A DNA stretch of 24,572 bases from the IMG/VR virus record IMGVR_UViG_3300035397_000041, positions 1 to 24,572 of that record; one strand, given 5' to 3'. A model generated the notes under the pieces. The model did no database searches and was not told where the DNA came from. It saw nothing but the letters and a program-made list of their open reading frames with translations. Of this stretch, positions 1 to 8,328 are shown one piece after another; positions within the stretch are counted from its first letter, which is position 1, and the number at the start of each line of letters is the position of its first letter. The position numbers were made by a program, and so were the translations under genes. The DNA comes from a virus. Its lineage: Duplodnaviria > Caudoviricetes.

Positions 1-186
1 CATCTCCATTTCAGTAAAGATTTTACCTGTCCAATCGTTTTTACAATAAGATCTTTTCAGTTTAATTAAAGTAATACCACTGGGAGACACTTTACTTACA
101 ATACCAAACTGTTGGTAGCCTCCGGAGTATCCAGAATAAACTACCAAATCCCCTATCACAGCTTCTTGTCCTATTGAATCTTTCAT
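1..186 (-). CDS. Hypothetical protein, partial (runs off window start)
   Basis: Hand translation from ATG 186: MKDSIGQEAVIGDLVVYSGYSGGYQQFGIVSKVSPSG..., open to base 1; not in ORF track. Confidence 0.7.
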   Translation of the reverse strand, partial: MKDSIGQEAVIGDLVVYSGYSGGYQQFGIVSKVSPSGITLIKLKRSYCKNDWTGKIFTEMEM

Positions 187-195
187 GTTTTTTTT

Positions 196-228
196 AAAAT
201 AAGAAACCCCAGGTTATTAGCCCGGGGT
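196..228 (-). terminator. Probable intrinsic terminator
   Basis: Minus-strand stem ACCCCGGG/CCUGGGGU (one G-U), 7-nt loop, then UUCUUAUUUU, just after stop at 234. Confidence 0.7.
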
Positions 229-233
229 CAATG

Positions 234-485
234 TTATACTTCTCTAATTCCATTCGGTATAGAAGAATTTTTAGTTGTATTTTTAGGTACATTCTTCTTT
301 ACACTAGGCTTCTTAGTGTCGACGTCAGATTCCGATTTATCGTCGGTACTTTTTAGTTGTTTGATCTCAACTTCTTTTTCTTCTAGAAGAGCTTTTAGCA
401 GAGCAATTTCTAGCAGGGCTTGTTCAAGACTCTGAGCAGTTTCAGCTGCACGAATCTTGGCTTTTTGTTCTGGTGTTAGTTTCAT
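234..485 (-). CDS. Hypothetical coiled-coil protein (83 aa)
   Basis: Heptad-like LEQALLEIALLKALLEEKEVEIKQL, low-complexity tail; ATGA overlap with upstream gene. Confidence 0.7.
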   Translation of the reverse strand: MKLTPEQKAKIRAAETAQSLEQALLEIALLKALLEEKEVEIKQLKSTDDKSESDVDTKKPSVKKNVPKNTTKNSSIPNGIREV

Positions 486-904
486 TTAACTGTTAATTGT
501 TTATCTGGTGTAGCTTTAGCTATCGAGATAATAAGTATACCATCTGTTAAGTCTAGCTCAATGTCATCCTGATTGTAATCATCATTATCAATATCTAAGG
601 ATATTTCTTTAGGAATAACCATTTCAAATAGATATTCTTTATCAGAATCCACCTCGACTATCAACGATCCATTCCTTACAAAAGCGTTTAAATCAGTTGG
701 TTTGACCCCCGGTATCACTCGCTTCCATACAAAATGTGTTTTTGTTTCTGACTCAATCATAAGATCATCAACTGAAATCACTGACGAAGCTGTAACAATA
801 TTAGTAACAGCGGAATAGTCATAATACTGAGTAGTTGTAATACCTGGTCCTAGAACAGAATACGTGCCACTAGTTGTTCCTGTGGTAGTAAATAGATTTT
901 CCAT
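482..904 (-). CDS. Small heat-shock protein (Hsp20/alpha-crystallin domain)
   Basis: IPGVKPTDL...VRNGSLIV and LTDGILIISIAK match the ACD PG and L.nGvL.i..pK motifs; C-terminal LTV resembles the IxI motif. Confidence 0.75.
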   Translation of the reverse strand: MENLFTTTGTTSGTYSVLGPGITTTQYYDYSAVTNIVTASSVISVDDLMIESETKTHFVWKRVIPGVKPTDLNAFVRNGSLIVEVDSDKEYLFEMVIPKEISLDIDNDDYNQDDIELDLTDGILIISIAKATPDKQLTVK

Positions 905-905
905 A

Positions 906-1271
906 CTAATTCAATAACTTTTCGACATCTTCATTGGTGACTTCTTCACCTTGTATTATTTTTTTGGCCAACACAATAACATTATTCTTCAATTCAGGGT
1001 TTAATGTAAGTAGTGTTTTAAATGGTTCTTTATCAATAACTTGCTGAATCACTTGATATTCAAAAAACATATCATATAGTTCGACTGCTACAAATCCAAT
1101 TTGACCATCGTCATTAACTGAAAATAATGCTGATTTTACTTTATCTGGTTCGTCGCCAGTATAACCAACCGCTTCTGCAATTTTCTTATACTCAGGATTA
1201 TTCAGTTCGTAGTTGAGGAAATCCTCTAGTACTTGACGGAGTTCGTTCTTGATTTTTTCTGTTTTTTTCAT
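906..1271 (-). CDS. Hypothetical protein (121 aa)
   Basis: Clean ORF tightly packed in operon. Confidence 0.75.
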   Translation of the reverse strand: MKKTEKIKNELRQVLEDFLNYELNNPEYKKIAEAVGYTGDEPDKVKSALFSVNDDGQIGFVAVELYDMFFEYQVIQQVIDKEPFKTLLTLNPELKNNVIVLAKKIIQGEEVTNEDVEKLLN

Positions 1272-1512
1272 TGTTGTGTACTATTTCTTCATATGTTAAT
1301 AAAAGTTCATCGACAATAGGATCACGGAAATTTTCTGTCAACGATATTACAGCACATCTCTCAAGAATCTCTGCAGCCATGACTAAAGCTTCCAATCCAC
1401 TTTTGCCTTCTATAATTCTTTGTCTTAAATCCCCGCAAAAGATCATTTTAGATCCTTTACCAATCCTAGTAAATAACATTTCAATTTCAAAATCATCCAG
1501 GTTCTGAGCCTC
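1198..1512 (-). CDS. phoH: PhoH-like ATPase, exon 2
   Basis: Starts GAG GCT CAG AAC (EAQN) at 1512, continues LDDFEIEMLFTRIGKGSKMIFCGDLRQ (PhoH TRIG and GD..Q motifs); true 3' end may be near 1281. Confidence 0.9.
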   Translation of the reverse strand, partial: EAQNLDDFEIEMLFTRIGKGSKMIFCGDLRQRIIEGKSGLEALVMAAEILERCAVISLTENFRDPIVDELLLTYEEIVHNNEKNRKNQERTPSSTRGFPQLRTE

Positions 1513-2496
1513 CGCTCATATCATATATTTCTATATGGACTGACTATATCTTAATTAATTCAATCTTATAACCAAGTAATTTGGCTTTTTTAGTGTTTAG
1601 TTTATGACCTAAGAATTTTTCAGCCTTTTGTTTAGAGGTAAAAGTAGTAACAATATTATCTTTGGTTAAAGTAACTTTATACTGATCACTTCTACCACAA
1701 ATCTGAGAATCTAGTTTATCGGTCTTTTTAAATGACCATCTAAATCCACATGATGATTTACTTCTACCCTTTGCACATTCTCCTATGGTACCTTTAGTTG
1801 TTCCATAATATTTATTAGCTTCAACTAATGAATCCCATGAACGAATGTACGTACCATCTAATTCATACTGAAACACATGTTTTTTATGTGCATCAATACT
1901 ACGACTTCTGCCTCTTACATCTTTATATACACCCTTACCACCACTATCAGTATTAACTAACGAGAAACCCCAGCTTTTAAATTGAGAAATCCAGTATTGT
2001 TCTATTAATTCCCAATCTTCTGTTTCGTCTAATAGTTCAATTATTGGAACCTGACCAGTTTCCAATACCACTGATTTAATCCAATTACACTTATGAGACA
2101 TTTTATTCTTAGAATCCCATATATGTTGAGATAATCTTTGGTTAAGAGTTCCTGAAGTAACTCCAATGTATCTTACTTCTTTTGTGGTTGGATGCGATAA
2201 ACTATACACTTTCATAACTATAATTTTATATAATTATAGTTAAATTTTGAATTAATTCCCCCCGTTTCGAGCACAAAATATGCCCTACTCTACTAAGTTA
2301 CCTCTCGGCCTGTTCGATAGTCGATGAACTCACATCCATATGGATGCTTCGCTGCGTCGGTTGTCCAATCCTAAATCTTTTTACTATACCTTTGGAGTTA
2401 CCCATTGCCACTAATCATGTTACCATATTAGTTTAGTAAGTTAGGCTATAAGGAGTTTCCCGCAATTAGAGGGGTTTAATGTCGACAAGGCTATTT
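1513..2496 (-). ncRNA. Group I intron in phoH (984 nt)
   Basis: P1 GUCGAU/GUCGAC with U-G at splice site; P10 GAGGCU/AGCCUU; AAUUGCGGGAAACUCC; P7 GACUA/UAGUC with S = AAGAUAUAGUC; 11-bp P8 (2247-2257/1553-1563); P9 CAUAUA-GAAA-UAUAUG; terminal G at 1513; splicing restores IIIVDEAQN. Confidence 0.95.
1544..2215 (-). CDS. Intron-encoded GIY-YIG homing endonuclease with NUMOD1-type DNA-binding domain
   Basis: KVYSL...RYIGVT...QRLSQH, E..WI, LVN; C-terminal VFQYELDGTYIRSWDS...GFRWSF; lies in P8 loop, stop inside S element. Confidence 0.88.
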   Translation of the reverse strand: MKVYSLSHPTTKEVRYIGVTSGTLNQRLSQHIWDSKNKMSHKCNWIKSVVLETGQVPIIELLDETEDWELIEQYWISQFKSWGFSLVNTDSGGKGVYKDVRGRSRSIDAHKKHVFQYELDGTYIRSWDSLVEANKYYGTTKGTIGECAKGRSKSSCGFRWSFKKTDKLDSQICGRSDQYKVTLTKDNIVTTFTSKQKAEKFLGHKLNTKKAKLLGYKIELIKI

Positions 2497-2934
2497 ATCG
2501 ACAATAATTATCGAGTTTAAGAACGTTCTACCTTGAAGAAATGATAGCGGTACTATCTCTATTGTATTGTCTTTCATTAGAGAATCCAATTCTTCTTTAC
2601 CTCTATCAAGAAATTGTAACATGTTATCGTAGATAGGCTGTAGCCATGGATTAAACTTCTCTTGAATATCGCCTGGCAGAAATCCAACATTATGATCCTT
2701 TCTCATTACTGTTGCCCTGGTTATTACTATTCGCTGAGTATCAGACTGTTTGACTTTAAATAGATTTAATTGCTCCAGGGCGTAACAAACTGCTAGATGC
2801 GTTTTTCCTGTTCCTGCACGTCCACTCAACACTGTGAGTGTCTTACTGTTAATTACTTTTTTAGCTGCAGCTTGTTCTTCAGTTAGATGTTCGTTGAACT
2901 TCTTGATTGGAGATTTCAATACCCGATTTGCCAT
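2497..2934 (-). CDS. phoH: PhoH-like ATPase, exon 1
   Basis: Walker A GRAGTGKT, GFLPGD, LQGRTF, ends IIIVD at 2497. Confidence 0.92.
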
Positions 2935-2984
2935 AAATGTTAACTTAGATTATTATAAATCCATATTAACGATTATAGTTAAAA

Positions 2985-3213
2985 TTAATCAATTACCTCG
3001 TCTATCGATACTATGATTGGTTTTATAACATTACCTATCGAATCTGTAGGTGAAAAATGGATTATTATAAACTGCAAAAAGCACCTCATCTTTTACACTT
3101 TCTTCATCTTCTGCCTCGATATTAATAGTTTTATTCAAACATGTATCTCCATGACATGGTACCCTAACAATAGTATTAACAGGAAATTTTATTTTAACTG
3201 AATATTGTTTCAT
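2985..3213 (-). pseudogene. Hypothetical protein with +1 frameshift near 3055; paralog of 3210-3404
   Basis: Frame 0 stops at 3031; skipping one T in the T5 run gives NNPFSPTDSIGNVIKPIIVSIDEVID*, matching paralog end GPVEILSVEEDDD. Confidence 0.6.
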
Positions 3214-3404
3214 AGTAGATTATACAATATGTAATCATCATCTTCCTCTACAGATAGTATTTCAACAGGACCGAATCCCAATCTGTTATTTTTGATATTA
3301 AATAAGACCTGATCGTGTGCAAACTCTTTATCAGATTCGTATACTAATACACTGTCCACTATATCAGTGGTAATACTTTTAAATGTTACTTTATAAGGAA
3401 TCAT
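3210..3404 (-). CDS. Hypothetical protein (64 aa)
   Basis: ATGA overlaps on both sides. Confidence 0.7.
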   Translation of the reverse strand: MIPYKVTFKSITTDIVDSVLVYESDKEFAHDQVLFNIKNNRLGFGPVEILSVEEDDDYILYNLL

Positions 3405-4510
3405 TTTAACTTCATTTCCAGTAATATGTCATTTACCAAATCAGTAGATACATGAGATGGTAAGGAACTAGCTGCAAACTTAGCATCTAAAGAGGCTAAT
3501 TTCTCTTCGGCCATATTCAATAAATAATCATATTCAAACTCTCCAGTTCGAATCTTGAGTAGAAATTCTCTGTCAGGGCGTACTACATTCAACATACCGG
3601 TGTCTGCCAGTTCAATACCCATATTTAGAAGCCTCATACAATGCATAAGATTCTTAGAATCGTAACCTTTTCCATGTTCCTGGTTCGTAGCGTATCTTAC
3701 CGGATTTCTATTGGTTACCCAAGTTTGATAATTGTTATATTCCTTACAATGAGTAGTATATCCGTCCTGATTGAAATGGATAATTCCCATACAACCAACT
3801 TTAGCTACAGCTTCTGGAATAGACGTTAATCGTAGTTCGTTAGATGAGAGGTCAGTATTCACAATTCCTCTAGGCATCCAGTTGTTGATTATTTCTAAAT
3901 CTTCAGGAATAAAACATCTATGCTGAGCAAATCTTTTATTATACAAAGCATATGATGTGGGGAAGTTGGCTACCTTAGCTAACCCAACATTTGCCTGATC
4001 GATATGGCATACCTGTAGAAGTTCTGATAACGGAGATACTCGTTCATTACCATGGTAGAAATAACAAAAATCTATTGGAGTTTTCCGTACTGTACATGGA
4101 TTTACGATCATCTTCTTTTGACCACGAGCTTTTTGAATCTGGGCTGCTGCATATCCACCAAGACTATTTCTACATGCTTTAGTAAGAAATTTATCTCTGT
4201 GAATTAATAGAATATCAGCTTTAGAATTCTTACTTACTATTTTACCCTCTGGAGCGAACATTATCTCTAATATATTAGGATTAGCAGTGGCTGCAAGAGA
4301 TAAAAATCGTGCTATCTCATAATGGACTTCATCGTTTGTATCATCGTTGATTTGTTTAGGAGCGCCGATCTTTAAGTATTCTGATAGCGGTAAATTAAAT
4401 ATACCTCTAGTGTCGGTATCTGATGACGGTAGATTTAACCCGTACATATGCGAACCAGCAACTACAGTTAAAATTCCATAGTCGCTGGTTTTTAATTGTT
4501 CTAAATTCAT
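3401..4510 (-). CDS. Pol-beta superfamily nucleotidyltransferase (RlaP/YcgL-like)
   Basis: GSHMYG...SDTDTRG catalytic motif, NPNILE, KNLMHCMRLL, LLKIRTGE. Confidence 0.85.
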   Translation of the reverse strand: MNLEQLKTSDYGILTVVAGSHMYGLNLPSSDTDTRGIFNLPLSEYLKIGAPKQINDDTNDEVHYEIARFLSLAATANPNILEIMFAPEGKIVSKNSKADILLIHRDKFLTKACRNSLGGYAAAQIQKARGQKKMIVNPCTVRKTPIDFCYFYHGNERVSPLSELLQVCHIDQANVGLAKVANFPTSYALYNKRFAQHRCFIPEDLEIINNWMPRGIVNTDLSSNELRLTSIPEAVAKVGCMGIIHFNQDGYTTHCKEYNNYQTWVTNRNPVRYATNQEHGKGYDSKNLMHCMRLLNMGIELADTGMLNVVRPDREFLLKIRTGEFEYDYLLNMAEEKLASLDAKFAASSLPSHVSTDLVNDILLEMKLK

Positions 4511-5781
4511 ACTGAATACATTATCATTGAATTAGTAACTTGTTCGTACATTATAAAGTATCTGGTTCCGGAGGATCCTAATTTAAATCCATGGAACAAC
4601 GAAGTACAGTCTCTATCACGCTCGAGATTAGTATCAAATATATGTTTATAACCTTCTTGATTAATATTACCCTTAGTAAATCTTAAGAACATATTAGATT
4701 CCCATAAAGCAATACTATAGTTGGGAGAAAAAGCCACAACCCTATCAGGAAATTTATTACCCTTACGACTTTCTTTACCATGATTTTTATGTAAATCTAA
4801 CACTCCACTAAAAATTATAGCTTTACATTTATCTGATGATTTGATTCTCCTCTCTATAGCTGTCATATCTTCAACAATACTTAAAGGTCTAACAAAAGAC
4901 ATATCGATAGGAGGAGTATTAGCATCTTGTTGATACAGTATAAGCTTCTTGTTCAGATCAGCTATCTTATTATTTAGTTCATCAATTACCGATTGATCGG
5001 CGGGTTGTAGTGCTTTGATTGAGAGATCAGCTATATTGGCTTCTAATTGAGCTATAGCTTTTTCTCTTTTATTTAATCGTCGATATAATAATGAATTGTG
5101 TTCATCATTAACTTGAGTAGATAAATCAACCCACTGACCAATAGTAATCATATTTGCAGTAAGAGCGGATTGAAGACATTTCGTAACACGCTTAAAAATA
5201 ATAGTCCTGGTTTTAAAATCTGGAAAATATGTTAGATCTTTAACTAATTTTCCTAAAGAGATATTATGTTTAATCGCCAGTTCAATAGCAGTTAAAATCT
5301 TAGCAGATAAGTGTACACTAGATTTTCTAGTTGCTTCTCTATATGATCTTTTTAATGTTCTAGATGCTGTTGCATATTCATCAAGTTCTTCAGTGATTGC
5401 TGTAGTTAATCCAGTGTATCCTTTTGTGAATAACTCCTCGATTTTCATATCACACCAAATATCGAATTCTTCACTCATCCATCGAGAAAATACCATTCTT
5501 AACTTTGGATGAATCCAGGTACCGCCGTTTGGTCCTGATTTGGTAACTATCAGATCCTCAACTGTTATAGTATTGTCCTCATTTTGCGGACAATTAACAG
5601 CACCCATATCAATGAGTTTTTGAGCCCTTGGCACTAAAGTTCTATTCTTAAAACTATCGAACGTTGATCGAGATTTACCAGCAGATTGATAAATCTCAGT
5701 TGCATTGATAAACAAATTACCATCAAAAGCAACGTCACACGAGAAATCACTTCCTGTATATTTATATTTCTGTATTTCCAT
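4507..5781 (-). CDS. KilA-N domain protein with coiled coil and unknown C-terminal domain
   Basis: FINATEI...GGTWIHPKLRMVFSRWMSEEFDIWCD is a KilA-N signature. Confidence 0.85.
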   Translation of the reverse strand: MEIQKYKYTGSDFSCDVAFDGNLFINATEIYQSAGKSRSTFDSFKNRTLVPRAQKLIDMGAVNCPQNEDNTITVEDLIVTKSGPNGGTWIHPKLRMVFSRWMSEEFDIWCDMKIEELFTKGYTGLTTAITEELDEYATASRTLKRSYREATRKSSVHLSAKILTAIELAIKHNISLGKLVKDLTYFPDFKTRTIIFKRVTKCLQSALTANMITIGQWVDLSTQVNDEHNSLLYRRLNKREKAIAQLEANIADLSIKALQPADQSVIDELNNKIADLNKKLILYQQDANTPPIDMSFVRPLSIVEDMTAIERRIKSSDKCKAIIFSGVLDLHKNHGKESRKGNKFPDRVVAFSPNYSIALWESNMFLRFTKGNINQEGYKHIFDTNLERDRDCTSLFHGFKLGSSGTRYFIMYEQVTNSMIMYSV

Positions 5782-5787
5782 ATTTTA

Positions 5788-5865
5788 TATGTCAATCCCG
5801 TAATCGGGAATAATGTTATTATGGAGTAGCTTCTGTATGTCAGGATTACCTACTTGTACACTCCA
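5788..5865 (-). promoter_or_regulatory. Structured leader upstream of KilA-N gene
   Basis: Stems UGGAGU/ACUCCA, AGG-UAAU-CCU and UCCCG-AUUA-CGGGA; UGACAUA occurs twice. Confidence 0.4.
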
Positions 5866-5876
5866 GAAAATTAAAT

Positions 5877-6554
5877 TTAAGCCCACAGTATAGGTGTTTT
5901 ACCCATCTTCATTAAGGCGCTATCACATTCAGAAAAACAAGCACTACCAGAGAACGGATTAGATCTGTTCAATGGAGATGGATGTCCAGATTTAATAATA
6001 ACATGACTAGTGTTGGATATCTGATCAGCATATGCATGAGCATTACTACCCCATAATAACCATACTACTTTATCTTTACTATTAATAGCACTTATTACCG
6101 CTTTTGTAAATTTGCTCCATAATGGAATATGACTTCCTGCTTTTCCTTTTATTACACTATGTGCGGTATTAATAAGAAGTACTCCTTGTTTAGCCCACTC
6201 GTATAGTGAAGGATGAGGCGTTTCGCCATATAGAGATTTAACTTCGTTTAAAATAGCACGTAGTGATGGAGATATTTTCGTCACTGCCGGTTCGTTCGGA
6301 ACACCATTACCAAACGCTAATCCATTAAATGAGTTATCATGATAAGGATCCTGACCTAACACACAGACCTTCAACGAGTTGTATGGCGTTTCTCTAAATG
6401 CCTGAAATAATAGACTACTTCCAGCCGGAGGTAATACATCAGGATTATCAAGACGCTCTTGTCTAAGACTGGTATTAATATCACTAATCAGACTAATTAG
6501 ATTTTCCTGACCAATTATATCAATCCAGTCTTGAGTAAAATACTTTGTTAACAT
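5877..6554 (-). CDS. ung: Uracil-DNA glycosylase, family 1
   Basis: LGQDPYH, GLAF, WAKQGVLLIN, LLWG, HPSPL. Confidence 0.95.
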   Translation of the reverse strand: MLTKYFTQDWIDIIGQENLISLISDINTSLRQERLDNPDVLPPAGSSLLFQAFRETPYNSLKVCVLGQDPYHDNSFNGLAFGNGVPNEPAVTKISPSLRAILNEVKSLYGETPHPSLYEWAKQGVLLINTAHSVIKGKAGSHIPLWSKFTKAVISAINSKDKVVWLLWGSNAHAYADQISNTSHVIIKSGHPSPLNRSNPFSGSACFSECDSALMKMGKTPILWA

Positions 6555-6562
6555 AGTTCGGA

Positions 6563-6970
6563 TTAAAGACTTTCTAAGATATTATCCAAGACACTCTCAA
6601 TGTCTAATAGACCTCTATCAGTAGATGGTCGTATGTTTAACTTTCGGTTTTTAATTACCTTACGAGCCTTTGTAATATTATTCTTCAGTAACTGGATAAT
6701 ATGTTTTTCATGGAACTGTTTACATGAAACTATAAAGTTCTCGGTATCAGATTTGTTACTAAAATAATGTCCACAATCTGTATATTGATGTACACTACTT
6801 ACATCAACTTCTTCGATACTACCAAATCCACTATAATTTGCACTATACCCACCAAACCCATTTTTTGTTATTACGTAACTGACCCAGTACCATTCTCCAA
6901 TCGGAACAGGAGCACCATTGGCCAACAAAACTCCATCCACATACGTACCAAAGTAATCATCAATAACCAT
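6563..6970 (-). CDS. Hypothetical protein (135 aa)
   Basis: Clean ORF in operon. Confidence 0.7.
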   Translation of the reverse strand: MVIDDYFGTYVDGVLLANGAPVPIGEWYWVSYVITKNGFGGYSANYSGFGSIEEVDVSSVHQYTDCGHYFSNKSDTENFIVSCKQFHEKHIIQLLKNNITKARKVIKNRKLNIRPSTDRGLLDIESVLDNILESL

Positions 6971-6971
6971 A

Positions 6972-7622
6972 TTATTTATATATTATTGTAGTCACCTCAT
7001 AAGGAAACACTTCCCTAAAAATAGGAGCTTCAGGAATATTAACTTCAGTGAAATCTTTTTGATCGTCAATATTCACATCTTGGAAAAAGTTTGTTTTTAA
7101 AAACTTACCAGTGGATTTTTCTTTGACAACTAATTCAACTTCAACAATATTAAATTCTCCGCCAACAACTTCAGACTTAATATGATCGTAATCAGCATGA
7201 GTATCATTTACTATTCGCATTCTATCGGCGAAACTCAAATTATTCATTTCGTATAAATTTAAAAGATTAATACATTTATCTAACCATCCTTTCTGAAGAC
7301 AATGAATACCTTTTACAAAGGATCGATTAAGTGATCTCACCACCATATTATCATCATCTAAATGCCATATAAAACCCTCAGCTTCTAGAAATGGCCTTTT
7401 TTCTTCGTAATTACAAAAGATGATTCTATTTCTAGGTATGTCAAGACTATCTGTAACTGAGAATAGATCTTCATTACCCCAATTATCATACATTTTATCT
7501 TCGCTAGCACACCTAGCAGTGCACACCCATACTTCAACTCCTAATTGAATCAAAGAATAAGCCAAACACTGCGCTTCTAAGGTACTTAACGTATGATCAA
7601 AATCAAAACTAACTCTCTTCAT
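6972..7622 (-). CDS. HAD-superfamily phosphatase-like domain fused to a second ~91-aa unit starting at ATG 7247
   Basis: SFDFDHTL (DxDxT), VWVCTAR, WHLDDD; second unit MNNLSF...EVFPYEVTTIIYK. Confidence 0.75.
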   Translation of the reverse strand: MKRVSFDFDHTLSTLEAQCLAYSLIQLGVEVWVCTARCASEDKMYDNWGNEDLFSVTDSLDIPRNRIIFCNYEEKRPFLEAEGFIWHLDDDNMVVRSLNRSFVKGIHCLQKGWLDKCINLLNLYEMNNLSFADRMRIVNDTHADYDHIKSEVVGGEFNIVEVELVVKEKSTGKFLKTNFFQDVNIDDQKDFTEVNIPEAPIFREVFPYEVTTIIYK

Positions 7623-7632
7623 AATAAAAAAT

Positions 7633-7737
7633 TAATATTACACCGCAGGGTTCCTGGTTTACCTATCTTGTACTATGACCCCTTTTCCAGTTAACTAGGC
7701 CTAACAGCTGAACTTATCGAGTTTTGATGTAATACTA
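7633..7737 (-). ncRNA. Candidate structured RNA, unassigned
   Basis: 12-bp closing stem UAGUAUUACAUC/GGUGUAAUAUUA with two G-U pairs; internal stems; fills nearly the whole intergenic gap. Confidence 0.45.
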
Positions 7738-7740
7738 AAA

Positions 7741-8328
7741 CTACATACCCTCAAGTCTACGTTTGCTAATCACTTGCATGAATTCACCAGCAGACATAGG
7801 GGTAAAATTATTACCATCTACTCCAACATCGTGTTGAAATACACTTTGACCAGGTATCGGTTTCTTACTATGACAATGACCAAAGGCTTGATAAGCACCT
7901 TTATGACTATTATTCCAAGTAATAGATGGGAAATGATTCAATTCAATATCAATATAATCACTAGCATCCTCATGCATTGTAAATATTCTAATATCTAATC
8001 GAGTATGTACCTCCTCAAAGATGTTTTCTTTATCATTAGCCTTAATGACATCGTCATCGTGATTTCCGCGTATTAAGATTATTCTTCCATTTAGACGTTT
8101 ACGTACGTCTATAATCTGTTGAATAGAACAGTTCATTGCAAAGTCTCCAACCACAAAGACTATTCCAGTCTTGGGTACCTTTGCATCCCAGTTAGCCACA
8201 ATAGTATCGTTCATCTCTTGAACCGATTTAAAGGGCCTATCGCAGTACTTTATAATATTTTTATGCCAGAAGTGAGTATCTGACGTAAAGAATATCTCAT
8301 GAGTACCTAATTTATAGTACTTGCGCAT
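7741..8328 (-). CDS. Calcineurin-like metallophosphoesterase
   Basis: SDTHF, VGDF, RGNHD, NHFP, GHCH, DVGVD. Confidence 0.92.
   Translation of the reverse strand: MRKYYKLGTHEIFFTSDTHFWHKNIIKYCDRPFKSVQEMNDTIVANWDAKVPKTGIVFVVGDFAMNCSIQQIIDVRKRLNGRIILIRGNHDDDVIKANDKENIFEEVHTRLDIRIFTMHEDASDYIDIELNHFPSITWNNSHKGAYQAFGHCHSKKPIPGQSVFQHDVGVDGNNFTPMSAGEFMQVISKRRLEGM

Noticed and set aside
7633-7737. Pistol, hammerhead or SAM riboswitch identity for the intergenic RNA
   Set aside because: Only superficial pistol-like GUUAGGCC..GUUAA with no pseudoknot partner; no CUGANGA/GAAA core or SAM-I motifs.
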